Below are positions 37,445 to 48,559 of a stretch of 64,000 nucleotides of DNA, one piece after another. Under the pieces are notes generated by a model that did not search any database, was not told the origin of the DNA, and saw only the letters and a program-made list of their open reading frames with translations. Where the stretch lies: positions 10,416,001 to 10,480,000 of the forward strand of contig CM059432.1 of the NCBI GenBank assembly GCA_030390025.1. The letters are read 5' to 3'. The stretch is from Squalus acanthias. Taxonomy: Eukaryota. The position numbers and the translations under genes are program-made. How positions within the stretch are numbered: position 1 is the stretch's first letter; each line of letters begins with the position of its first letter.

Positions 37445-37920
37445 AGAATTTACACAGAAGCAGACCATTCGGCCCAACTGGTCCTTGCCAGTGTTTATGC
37501 TCCACACGAGCCTCCTCCCACCCTATTTCATCTCACCCTATCTGCGTATCCTTCTATTCCTTTCTCCCTCACGTACTTATCTCCATTAGCAGGAGGGCCG
37601 GTAACCAGAGGACACAGGCCCTCCTCCTAAGGTCATTGGCAAAGGAACCAGAGCCGACATGAGGAGAATTTGTTTTTTTACGCAGCGAGTTGTTGCGATC
37701 TGGAACGCGCGGCCTGAAGGGGCGGAGGAAGCAGGATTCAATAGTAAATTTCAAAAGGGAATTGGATAAAGACTTGAAGGGGAAAAAATTTGCAGGGCTG
37801 TGGGGAAAGAGCAGTGGGGAGTGGGACTAACTGGAGAGCTCGTTCAAAGAGCCGGCACAGGCACGAGGGGCCGAATGGCCTCCTTCTGGGCTGTATCAGT
37901 CGATGATTCGATGATTCGAT
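37445..37920. mobile_element. Two CR1 3' fragments, head to head
   Basis: Minus-strand tail 37445-37580; plus-strand FTQRVVAIWNA-like region and GATTCGAT tail 37585-37920. Confidence 0.8.
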
Positions 37921-38429
37921 GATCGAGCTTCCCCCTAGAGTTATGGAGAAGTTGCTGAGGGACGACCCCATCAAGGTGGTTGCACGACCCTTGTCAAATT
38001 GCAAAGCGCCTTTGGTTTGGCGACTGCACAGTTTCTGCGGTGAGCAGTGACATTAAACCTCAGCGTAGCTGGCAAACATTAAAAAAAAGCGTTACTTAGA
38101 ATTACAGAGCAATTATTGCTTCTTTTTTACACCCGTGGGAAGAAAGCTGATTGATGTCGAGTGTATTTATCAGGGACTAATTATATGCATTTATTAATAA
38201 ACCTTCGCGCTGGAAAGTTCCGTTTGCCTTCCTCTGAACACTACCTGGTACTGCTGTTGTGTGAATGATGCATGTGTGAAAGTGGCAGGAGATAACGACC
38301 GATTAAACTGGAATTTCAGCTTTGTCCAAATCAACTTTCCTCCTTCCCGATTATCCAACAGAATTGTCACGTAACAAAGCCTCAGCAAAGCATCATCTCA
38401 CTGTTGTTACATCGAAGTACTCAGAATGT

Positions 38430-39085
38430 CCAGCACAGAAACTGGCCCAACTGGTCCGTGCCGGTGTTTATGCTCCACACGAGCCTCCTCCCACTCTATT
38501 TCATCTCACCCTATCAGCATATCCTTCTATTCCTTTCTCCCTCATGTGCTCATCTAGCTTCCCCTTAAATGTGTCTGTACTGTTCGCCTCAACCACTCCC
38601 TGTGGTGGCGAGTTCCACATTCTCACCACTCTCTGGGTAAAGAAGTTTCTCCTGAATTCCCTATTGGATTTATTAGTGACTATCTTATATTTATGGCCCC
38701 TAGTTTTGGACTCCCCCATAAGTGGACTGGACAGACTGGATGTAGGGAGGATGTTTCCCCTGGCTGGGAGGTCTAGAACGAGGGGGTCACAGTCTCAGGA
38801 TACGGGGTAGGACATTTAGGACCGAGATGAGGAGAAATTTCTTCACTCAGAGGGTGGTGAACCTGTGGAATTCTCTACCACAGAAGGCTGTGGAGGCCAA
38901 GTCACTGAATATATTTAAGAAGGAGATAGATAGATTTCTAGACACAAAAGGCATCAAGAGGTATGGAGAGAGAGCGGGAATATGGTATTGAGATAGAGGA
39001 TCAGCCATGATCATATTGAATGGCGGAGCAGGCTCGAAGGGTCGAATGGCCTACTCCTGCTCCTATTTTTCTATGTTTCTATGTT
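38430..39085. mobile_element. Two CR1 3' fragments of different subfamilies, head to head (junction ~38720)
   Basis: Minus GESKTRGHKYKIVTNKS; plus GLDRLDVGRMFPLAG; (TTCTATGT)n tail. Confidence 0.85.
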
Positions 39086-39269
39086 ACATCTTCTCTACGT
39101 CAAACCCAGTCAATTGATCTGCCCTTGGTCCATAAGACCCGTGACCAGTAGTCAATGGAAGCCACACAGGTGTGTCCTACTCTGCTACAATAATTAGTTA
39201 ATTGAAGACAGCAGTGATCAGCAGTCAATTGTAGGTTGGAGCACCCGCTCAGAGTGTGATTTAAATCTT

Positions 39270-39675
39270 ACGTTTTTTTATTCGTTTATGGGATTTGGGC
39301 GTCGCTGGCAAGCCCAGCATTTATTGCCCATCCCTAATTGCCCTTGAGAAGGTGGTGGTGAACCACCTTCTTGAACCGCTGCAGTCCGTGTGGTGAAGGT
39401 ACTCCCACAGTGCTGTTAGGGAGGGAGTTCCAGGATTTTGACCCAGCGACGATGAAGGAACGGCCGATATATTTCCAAGTCAGGATGGTGTGTGACTTGG
39501 AGGGGAACTTGGAGGTGGTGGTGTTCCCATGCGCCTGCTGCCCTTGTCCTTCTAGGTGGAAGAGGTCGCGGGTTTGGGAGGTGCTGCCGAAGAAGCCTTG
39601 GCGAGTTGCTGCAGTGCATCTTGTAGATGGTACACACTGCAGCCAGGGGGCGCCGGTGGTGGAGGGAGTGAATGT
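39270..39675 (-). mobile_element. L2/Crack-like LINE 3' fragment
   Basis: HSLHHRRPLAAVCTIYKMHCSNSPRLL; matches 18065-18455. Confidence 0.8.
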
Positions 39676-39847
39676 TACTGTGTAAAGTTTGAAAGTTTTC
39701 AGGACAGAGCAGACTGCTTGGAGTGATCAAAACTGTGTAAAATCTGTACATAGATACATAGATACATAGAAGATAGGAGCAGGAGTAGGCCATCCGGCCC
39801 TTCGAGCCTGCTCCGCCATTTAATGAGATCATGGCTGATCCTTCAAT

Positions 39848-42814
39848 TCAGTATCCCGTCCCCGCCTTCTCTCCGTAACCCTTAACCCCTTTTGCCTGTA
39901 GAAATATATCTAATTCCCTCTTAAATATATTTAATGAGCTGGCGTACACTGCCCTCTGTGGCAATGAGTTCCACAGGTTCACCACTCTCTGAGTGAAGAA
40001 ATTCCCCCTCATTTCTGTCCTAAATGGTTTAGCCCTTATCCTTAAATTATGTCCTCTAGTTCTGTTCTCACCCGCCAAGGGAAACATTCCTTCTGCATCT
40101 AATCTGTCTAGACCTGTCAGAATTTTATACACTTCTATGAGGTCCCCTCTCAATCTTCTAAACTCCAGTGTGTACATCCCTAAACTACATAGTCTCTCCT
40201 CATAGGTCAATCCCGCCATTCCTGGTATCAGCCTGGTGAATCGCCGCTGCACCCCCTCCATGGCAAGAACATCTTTCCTCAGATGAGGCGACCAAAACTG
40301 TACACAGTACTCGAGGTGTGGTCTCACCAGTGCCCTGTACAGCTGCAGCAAGGTATCCCTGTTCCTGTATTCCAACCCTTTTGCTATGAAGGCCAGCATA
40401 CCGTTTGCCTTCTTGACCGCCTGTTGCACCTGCATGCTCGCCTTCAGTGACTGGTGTACAAGAACACCCAGGTCTCTCTGTACTTCCCCCTCTCCCAATT
40501 TATTGCCATTTAAATAATAATTTGCCCTCCCGTTCCTGCACCCAAGGTGGATAACTTCGAACTTGTCCACATTATAGTGCATCTGCCATTTATCCGCCCA
40601 ATCACCCAGTCTGTCCAAATCGCTCTGGAGCTTCCTGGTCTCCTCCTCTGAGCCCACCCCCCCTCCTAGTTTAGTGTCGTCTGCAAATTTGGAAATGCTG
40701 CATTCGACTCCCTGATCCAGGTCATTAATATAAATTGTGAACAGCTGGGGACCCAGGACAGATCCCTGTGGTACCCCACTTGTTACTGCCTGCCATTCAG
40801 AAAATGAGCCGTTTATTCCAACTCTCTGTTTTCTATCTGACAGCCAGTTCTCTATCCACGTCAATACTTTCCCCTTTATCCCATGAGCTTCAATTTTCCA
40901 TGCTAATCTTTTATGTGGGACCTTATCGAAGGCCTTTTGGAAGTCCAGGTACACCACATCTACTGGCTCTCCCCCATCTATTTTACCAGTTACTCCCTCA
41001 AAAAATTCCAATAGATTAGTCAAGCACGATTTACCCTTTGTAAATCCATGTTGACTCTGTCCTATCCTGTCCCCATTTGCTAAGTGCTCGGCTATTTCAT
41101 CCTTAATGATGGACTCCAGCATTTTGCCCACAACTGATGTAAGGCTTACAGGTCTGTAATTACCTGCTTTTTCCCTACCCCCCTTTTTGAATAGTGGGGT
41201 AACGTTAGCTACCCTCCAATCCATGGGCACTGTTCCCGAGTCTAATGAATTCTGAAAAATCATGCTTAGTGCATCCGCTATCTCTAGGGCCACCTCCTTC
41301 AGTACCCTAGGATGCATGTTATCAGGCCCTGGGGATTTGTCCGCCTTCAATCCCTTTAGCTTCCTTAACACCATATCCTTAGAGATATTGATTTGCGTCA
41401 GTTCCTCCTTTGCCAATGTCCCTATTTTTCCCGATATCCCAGGGAGGTTTTTTGTGTCTTCCTTCGTAAAGACTGACCCAAAGTATGCATTTAGTTGGTC
41501 TGCCATTTCCTTATTTCCCATTATATATTCCCCCGTATCTGACTGCAATGGACCAACTTTGGTTTTCACCAGTCTTTTCCTCTTGATATACTTATAAAAG
41601 CTTTTGGAGTTAGTTTTTATATTTTCCGCCAGCTTGCTTTCGTAAGCTATTTTGCCCTTCTTGATTAAGCCCTTTGCCCTCCTTTGCTCTATCTTAAACT
41701 GTTCCCAATCTTCCGCTCTGGCGCGTTTTTTGGCTATTTTATACGCCCTATCTTTGGATTTTATGCTGTCTCTAATTTCCCCTGTTATCCACGGTTGAGT
41801 CACCTTTTTAGATTTCCTTTTATGCCAGATTGGTATAAACAATTTTTGCAATTTTGTCATTCTATCTTTAAATGCTTGCCATTGTTTATCTACCTCCAGT
41901 CCTCCCAGGAACGTTGTCCAATCAGACCTACTCAGTTCCCGTCTAATGGCATCATAATTCCCCTTGTTTAAATTCAGGACCTGAGTCTCTGAGTCAATTT
42001 CTTCGCTCTCCATTTCGAGTGAGAAATCGATCATGTTATGATCGCTCTGACCCAAGGGTCCCCGTACAACAAGATTACTAATTAGTCCCTTCTCATTGCA
42101 CAGTACCCAGTCCAATATAGCCTGTTCCCGAGTTGGTTCCTCGACATATTGATCCAGATAACCATCCCTTAAACACTCAAGGAATTCCTCCTCCTCATTA
42201 TTTTTACTGATTAGGCTAGTCCAATCTATATGTAAGTTAAAGTCACCTATGATGACAGCTGTGCTCTTATTGCACGCTTCTCTAATTTCCCTCGTGATGC
42301 CCTCCCCAACCTCTATTTTACTATTTGGAGGCCTATATACCACTCCTATTAATGTTTTTCGCCCCTCGCTATTTCTTAGCTCCACCCATATAGATTCTGT
42401 ATTAACTGAGTTAATATCCTTCCTTTCAATTGCATTTATCCCCTCTTTTACCAGCAATGCTACCCCTCCTCCCTTTCTTTTTTGTCGATCCTTCCTAAAT
42501 ACTGAATACCCCTGTATGTTAAGCTCCCAGCCCTGCTCACCCTGCAACCATGTTTCCGTAATCCCAATTAGATCATAATTATTAACCTCTATTTCCACAG
42601 CTAATTCATCTACCTTGTTCCTGATGCTTCTCGCATTAAGGTATAAAACCCTCAGGCTTTTTTTATGCTCACATTTTTTATGAATTAGTTTGGCCCTTTG
42701 TTTTTTGTTCCTCTCCTTTTTACCATTTATTTCTGTCTGCCTTTCACTTTCCTCTATTTCACTACATGGGTTTCTAGCCCCCTGCCATACTAGTTTAAAT
42801 GCTCCCGAACTGCT
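39848..42814 (-). CDS. CR1 ORF2: APE endonuclease + reverse transcriptase (stop-to-stop frame; no AUG before 42034)
   Basis: Frame stays open upstream of the tracked GTG through LRVLYLNARSIRNK and FKLVWQG; ITETW, GDFN, SDHN, FADD intact. Confidence 0.95.
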   Translation of the reverse strand, partial: SSSGAFKLVWQGARNPCSEIEESERQTEINGKKERNKKQRAKLIHKKCEHKKSLRVLYLNARSIRNKVDELAVEIEVNNYDLIGITETWLQGEQGWELNIQGYSVFRKDRQKRKGGGVALLVKEGINAIERKDINSVNTESIWVELRNSEGRKTLIGVVYRPPNSKIEVGEGITREIREACNKSTAVIIGDFNLHIDWTSLISKNNEEEEFLECLRDGYLDQYVEEPTREQAILDWVLCNEKGLISNLVVRGPLGQSDHNMIDFSLEMESEEIDSETQVLNLNKGNYDAIRRELSRSDWTTFLGGLEVDKQWQAFKDRMTKLQKLFIPIWHKRKSKKVTQPWITGEIRDSIKSKDRAYKIAKKRARAEDWEQFKIEQRRAKGLIKKGKIAYESKLAENIKTNSKSFYKYIKRKRLVKTKVGPLQSDTGEYIMGNKEMADQLNAYFGSVFTKEDTKNLPGISGKIGTLAKEELTQINISKDMVLRKLKGLKADKSPGPDNMHPRVLKEVALEIADALSMIFQNSLDSGTVPMDWRVANVTPLFKKGGREKAGNYRPVSLTSVVGKMLESIIKDEIAEHLANGDRIGQSQHGFTKGKSCLTNLLEFFEGVTGKIDGGEPVDVVYLDFQKAFDKVPHKRLAWKIEAHGIKGKVLTWIENWLSDRKQRVGINGSFSEWQAVTSGVPQGSVLGPQLFTIYINDLDQGVECSISKFADDTKLGGGVGSEEETRKLQSDLDRLGDWADKWQMHYNVDKFEVIHLGCRNGRANYYLNGNKLGEGEVQRDLGVLVHQSLKASMQVQQAVKKANGMLAFIAKGLEYRNRDTLLQLYRALVRPHLEYCVQFWSPHLRKDVLAMEGVQRRFTRLIPGMAGLTYEERLCSLGMYTLEFRRLRGDLIEVYKILTGLDRLDAEGMFPLAGENRTRGHNLRIRAKPFRTEMRGNFFTQRVVNLWNSLPQRAVYASSLNIFKRELDIFLQAKGVKGYGEKAGTGY

Positions 42815-43737
42815 TTATCAAAATTTACCCCGAGAACCTCAGTTCCATCTTTGCACAGGTGTAGACCGTCCCTTTTGTATAGGTCACACCTACCACAAAA
42901 CTGGTCCCAATGCCTCAAAAATTTAAAACCCTCCCTCTTACACCACTGCTCAAGCCACGTATTTAGCCTAACTATCCTGTTCTCTGTACTCTTACTAGCA
43001 CGTGGCACTGGTAGTAATCCAGAGATTACTACCTTCGAGGTCCTACTTTTTAGCTTGGCTCCTAACTCCCTAAATTCTACTTGTAGGACCTCTTCCCTTT
43101 TTTTAGCTACGTCGTTGGTACCAACATGTATCACGACAACTGGCTGTTCCCCCTCCCCCTCCAGAATGTTCTGCACCCGCGCCGAGACATCCTTGACCCT
43201 TGCACCAGGGAGGCAAATTACCATCCTGGAGTCTCGGTCGCGACCACAGAAACTCCTATCTATTCCCCTTACAATCGAATCCCCTATTACTATAGCCCTG
43301 CCACTCTTTTTCCCTCCCTTCTTTGCAACAGAGCCAGTCATGGTGCCATGAGCCTGGCTGCTGGTGCCTTCCCCCGATGAGTCATCCCCCCCGACAACAG
43401 CACCTAAGGCGGTGAACCTGTTGCTGAGGGAGACAACCCCAGGGGATTCCTGCACTACCTTCCTGCCCTTGCTCTGCCTTTTGGTCACCCATGTACTATC
43501 TACTCTGGCCTTAACCTGCGGTGTGACCAACTCACTAAATGTGCTATTCACAACCCTCTCAGAATCGTGGATGCTCCAAAGTGAGTCCATCCGCAGCTCA
43601 AGGGCCGTCATGCGGTCCCACATGAGCTGCAGCTGGACACACTTCCCGCACACATGGTTGTCAGGGACACAGGAAGCGTCCATGATTTCCCACATGTTAC
43701 AGGAGGAGCATGACACAGGTCCGAGCTCTACTGCCAT
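42790..43737 (-). CDS. CR1 ORF1: N-terminal Cys zinc finger/coiled coil + SGNH esterase domain
   Basis: CSSC...CGKC; IVIGDSIVR, HVGTND, RDGLHL blocks. Confidence 0.93.
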   Translation of the reverse strand: MAVELGPVSCSSCNMWEIMDASCVPDNHVCGKCVQLQLMWDRMTALELRMDSLWSIHDSERVVNSTFSELVTPQVKARVDSTWVTKRQSKGRKVVQESPGVVSLSNRFTALGAVVGGDDSSGEGTSSQAHGTMTGSVAKKGGKKSGRAIVIGDSIVRGIDRSFCGRDRDSRMVICLPGARVKDVSARVQNILEGEGEQPVVVIHVGTNDVAKKREEVLQVEFRELGAKLKSRTSKVVISGLLPVPRASKSTENRIVRLNTWLEQWCKREGFKFLRHWDQFCGRCDLYKRDGLHLCKDGTEVLGVNFDKAVREHLN

Positions 43738-44449
43738 GACTTAACCCTTATATTACTTATTAATTTTCTAGTTTTAGTTTATTTATTGACTTTTGTTTTC
43801 CCGAAGCTTACTTAGACCAATGTATACTGTACTCCTCTTATTCCTTTTTAAACTAACCAAATCGCACTAGTTTTAGTTGTACTTTCTAGGAAGGTTTGAG
43901 GAAAGTACTTACCAGTTAGTCTTACCTCCCTGGTCTTTCGCTGACTTCCCGGTCTTGTGTCCCCTTGGTCCTACGCCGACTTCCCGCTCCTCCCGGTTCC
44001 TGCTCTGCTGAAAAGAAACTGAGACCAAAAAATTTGTGACCTCTGTTTTTAGACTGCTAAAAGACTACTAGGTTAGAGGAGGAGGGCGGGTGGGGGTTCC
44101 TACTCTGTAGGAACTCGGGTTTAAGCCACCACCCTCCTTAAATGCCGCTCCAACCAGGTCCGCTCCTCCTTCCCCGCTGCCGACCGCTCTGTGGGAGAAA
44201 AAGAAAGAAAGGCTCCTCCTCCGCCGCTGTCGACGCTGGTCTGAGGCCTACCTGAGCCTCGGGGCTCCCTTTATCGACTCGCCGCCGCTCCCGCCGCTCC
44301 AACCAGGTCCGCTCCTCCTTCCCCGCTGCCGACCGCTCTGTGGGAGAAAAAGAAAGAAAGGCTCCTCCTCCGCCGCTGTCGACGCTGGTCTGAGGCCTAC
44401 CTTTTGCAGGACAGAGAGGGAAAGTGTCTTGCCCTGTGTTCTTCAGCTG

Positions 44450-45070
44450 CACTCTGAAGGGAAGTTGTTGTGATCTGGGATGCACTGCCTGAAAGGGCAG
44501 TGGAAGCAGATTCAATAGTAACTTTCAAAATAGAATCATAGAATGGTTACAGCACAGCAGGAGGCCATTCAGCCCGTCGAGCCCGTGCTGGCTCTCTGCA
44601 AGAGCAATTCAGCCAGTCCCGCTCCCCTGCCCTTTCCCCGTAGCCCTGCAAATGTTTTTCCTTCAGGTACTTATCCAACTCCCTTTTGAAAGCCACGATT
44701 GAGTCAGCCTCCACCACCCTCTCAGGCAGTGCATTCCAGATCATAACCACTCGCTGCGTAAAAAAGTTTTTCCTCATGTCGCCTTTGGTTCTTTTGCCAA
44801 TCACCTTGAATCTGTGTCCTCTGGTTCTTGACCCTTCCGCCAATGGGAACAGTTTCTCTCTATCTACTCCGTCCAGACCCCTCATGATTTTGTACACCTC
44901 CATCAAATCTCCTCTCAATCTCCTCTGCTCTGAGGAGAAAAGGGAATTGGATACACACTTGAAAAGGAAAAGAATGAGGGCTATGGGGAAAGAGCAGCTA
45001 ATTGGAGAGCTCTTTCAGAGAGCCGGCACGATGGGCTGAATGGCCTCCTCCTGTGCTGTGTGATTCTATA
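44450..45070. mobile_element. Nested CR1 3' fragments (- 44530-44940 inside a + fragment)
   Basis: RGDLMEVYKIMRGLDGVD...; the outer fragment breaks at AACTTTCAAAA and resumes at AAAAGGGAATTGG. Confidence 0.85.
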
Positions 45071-45214
45071 AAATAATCGCTTTACCTTCGGTTATGCTGC
45101 TCGATTGCGGAAACTGCACTGCGGTAAAACCGGCGCAGAGTCCAGCGCATTCTGGGCGCACTTTCCCGATCACGCCCCCTAGCGGAAACCGCAGGCCTAA
45201 TCATTTATGTACAA

Positions 45215-46055
45215 AAGCAACGCACTGCGGACGCTGGAGATCCGAAATAAATACAGTGAAAATACTCAGCGGGTCAGGCAGCATCTGTGGGAAGAGAAAC
45301 AGAGTTAACGTTTCAGGTCGATGACCCTTCGTCAGAACTGGAAAAAGTTAGAGATGTAACAGGTTTTAAGCAAGTGCAGAGGCCGGGAAAGGGGGGAGGG
45401 AGGGGAGGAAAGAACAAAAGGGGAGGTCTGTGATAAGAACATAAGAACATAACAAATAGGAGCAGGAGTCGGCCATATGGCCCCTCGAGCCTGCTCCGCC
45501 ATTCAATAAGATCATGGCTGATCATCGACCTCAACTCCACTTTCCCGCCCGATCTCCATATCCCTTGATTCCCCGAGAGTCCAAAAATCCATCGATCTCA
45601 ACCTTGAATATACTCAAAGACTCAGCATCCACAGCCCTCTGGGGCAGAGAATTCCAAAGATTCACAACCCTCTGAGTGAAGAAATTCCTCCTCATCTCGG
45701 TCTTAAATGGCCGACCCCTTATCCTGAGACTGTGACCCCTGGTTCTAGACTCTCCAGCCTGGGGAAACAACCTCTCCGCATCTACCCTGTCAATCCCCTT
45801 CAGAATCTCGTGTTTCAATGAGATCACCTAGGGTGGAAGGCAGGAGAGATTAAATGACAAAAGGGATGTTGGTGCAAGGCAAAAGGAGATGGTAATGGGA
45901 CAAGTAAAGAAACAAAAGATGGGTCTGGAGGAGCTGAAAATGACAGAAGCAGAATCATTACCGGCAGCTGTTGACCTGAAACATGAACCCAGTTTCTCCA
46001 CCGTTGCTGCCTGACCTGCTGAGCGTTTCCAGCATTTCCTGTTTTTATTTCTGAT
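45215..46055 (-). mobile_element. Penelope-like family B pseudo-LTR, split by a CR1 3' fragment (45433-45827), with an inverted partial copy at ~45970-46055
   Basis: Reverse complement of 4420-4730; plus-strand piece GACCTGAAAC...CCTGACCTGCTGAG. Confidence 0.75.
45303..45339 (-). ncRNA. Minimal type I hammerhead ribozyme motif (PLE family B)
   Basis: Reverse complement identical to 4604-4640. Confidence 0.8.
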
Positions 46056-46533
46056 TGGTTATTGTTGCTATTTGTATTCATTGTGTTCAGAGGGAATTTT
46101 TGTTACCTTACTGGTGAGACCAAATTTTTGGGGACTCTCATTTCTCTGCCAATTGCTGTTCTTTACCACCAAGGCGTGCCCTTCCAATAGGCTACTGTTT
46201 GATTCAACACTCAAGGGGTGAAATCGGGCATCGCCCCGCTTGGGGGCGCCAACTTTGGAAATTTTGAAAATTTAGGGCCAGGCGCTAAGGTTTCTGAACT
46301 TCTACTAAATTGGGTGTTAGCGCCCCAGGAACGGAGTGGGGCGCTAAATCAAGCGCTAATGACTCCAGTGGGGCGCTACAGGGGCGCTAGCAGCAGAGCG
46401 CTAATGAATTTCAGGTGCAATGCATTCAGCAACGATCCTTCCAGCTCTTAAAGCGGAGGTTGCATCATTGTGCAGATCCTCATTATCAGCATTGCTGGCT
46501 GTGAAGGTGACCTGCACCTAACTCAATCCCCTG

Positions 46534-48394
46534 ATGGCTATGGGATTTTCCCACTCCCAGGGAGAGAGCTCGTCGGTTCACAGACCTGGCGTTGGAGGCT
46601 GGAGTGGAGCGAAGGAGGGCAGTGCTGTTCCCGGACACTGGATACAGGTCATCGCCTCAGGTGTTCAGGGCAATGTGGAGGGAAGTGGCCCAGGAGGTCT
46701 CGGCCAGTAGTGTGGAGGAACGCAGCCTGACACAGTGCCGCAAGAAAATCAACAACCTCAGTCGGGTGGTCAAGGTGAGTACTCGCTTCAACAGGTCCTA
46801 CATACCAGCATCTGAACCTCAGTCTGTGCACACTGCGCAAACCACCACACCGCCACCACTCACCCACCAAGCATCTGAACCTACTCAAACTCACATCCAC
46901 ATCTCACACCTTGCCTACAATCACAGCTATTCAACTACAGCAGGCCTATTTCCCAAACACATAGCTGGACTCTGACTCACACACGTTTGTCTCTTACAGG
47001 TCAAGATGGCCCACAATAGGAGGGAGCAGCAGAGAACAGGTGGGGGTGATGCGCAGCTCCAGCAGCTCTCAGACCTTGAGGAGCGAGTGCTGCGACTCAT
47101 TGAGCAGCAGGTGGTGGGCGGTGTGGCTGTCGGCAACGTCGACCCCCTTGGGGGCAACAACGTTATGTTCAGCCCCTCTCCTTCTCTCATCCCACTTCCC
47201 CCTCACACCACAAGCCTTTCCCACTTTCCAGCTCCTGATACTGTCTGCATTCCTTGCTCCCTTCCTGCCCCCCTGCCCTCACCTTAACGCGAGTCTTGTG
47301 CCTTTATGCTTTCAGAGAATCAGCAACCAGATGACCAGCCTGTTCCTGAGCCTCCCACTGAGAGTGAGGCAGGAGTAGGAGCAAAGCACCGCGTCACTGC
47401 ATGTCTCACCCGCAGGCACCACCTCAGATACTAGCACTACGCATTCTTTAGAGGCAAGTTTAGTAGAGGGGTCCGCACTGGGTGATGCACCGGGAACGAG
47501 TGGGCTGCAGTAAGGCCAGGAGGGAAAGGGTAGCTTGGCAGTCAGCTCCGCGGAGGACGAGTTCGCTCGCCAGTTCTGCTGCACAGGACTCGGATGAGGA
47601 CCTCGATGGCGAGGTGTTCACAAGAAGGGTGATGGGCATGCACACCGAGATGATAGGTGCAATGACAAGGGTGCCCGAGAGCCTCTTGGTAATGGTAAGG
47701 AGCGTGGAGGAGTCCGCCTCCAACATTGCACAGAGCTCTGCACACACCATGGAGCCCATCATTTCCACTCTACAGAGGATGGTGGACTCACAGAGGGACC
47801 GTGGGGACCCAGACCTCATGGCGCGTGTCATGGGCGATGTGGCAGCTTCCATTGCAGCACAGACGGAAGCGACGCAACGTCTTAGTGCTGTAATGCAGTC
47901 AACGGTTGCTGCCATCGAGTCTCAGACTGCTCTCATGCTGTCTCAGCTTGATGCCACGCAAGCTCTGACTGCTGCCATCATCACTGGGTCCACCACAGTC
48001 CACCAGGAATCTCATGGGGTCGCAGCTCCAGCAGATTGGTAGTGATGCTGAGGTGCTGCCCCGGGGGAGTGGCAGTGGGTCAGTGGAGCAGGAACCTGCT
48101 GTCCTCTCTCAGGATGACAGCACTCCTGCTCCCACCACTGCCACTCCGCCATTGCCCTTGTCGCTGCCTGTCATCCAGCCAGCCCAGACTGAGGTGGTGC
48201 AGTCTACAGCCGGGCCTTCTAGGCCCAGAGCTGGTCGAGGGCGTCCTGCAAGGCCATCTGTAATCTCTGGCACCGACACTCAGCAGCCTTCCACCAGCCC
48301 TGCTGCAGCCACTGGGGAGACACTACGTAGGAGCACTAGATTAGGAAAAGACACTCTAAAGAGAGGAGACAAGGGTTTGCACAAGGGTAATTAG
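46534..48394 (+). pseudogene. Harbinger Myb/SANT-like DNA-binding gene, 3 exons, disrupted
   Basis: WREVAQEV...RSLTQCRKKINNL; donor GTGAGT at 46775; acceptors TTACAG 46999 and TTTCAG 47315; HNRREQQRTGGG; frameshifts in exons 1 and 3. Confidence 0.85.
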
Positions 48395-48559
48395 TCAATA
48401 TTGTTGTTGTATATATGTGGTTAATGGTTTTTGATAAATTTATTACTGGAATGTTGCAGATTTGGTGCCGTGTCTCAGTTCAGTTCTGGGGTGTGGTATG
48501 GAATCACAAAGTGATGGAATGATGGCGATCTGCTTAGCAATCGGAAAGAGGACTCAAAG

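Larger units (their letters stand above)
39750..44405 (-). mobile_element. Near full-length CR1 LINE (5' UTR, ORF1, ORF2, 3' UTR, CTATGTAT tail)
   Basis: Two intact ORFs, GC-rich repeated 5' region, octamer tail. Confidence 0.97.

Noticed and set aside
39696..44415. CAGGACAGAG on both sides of the full-length CR1 as a TSD
   Set aside because: The left copy lies about 40 bp from the tail end, not adjacent to it
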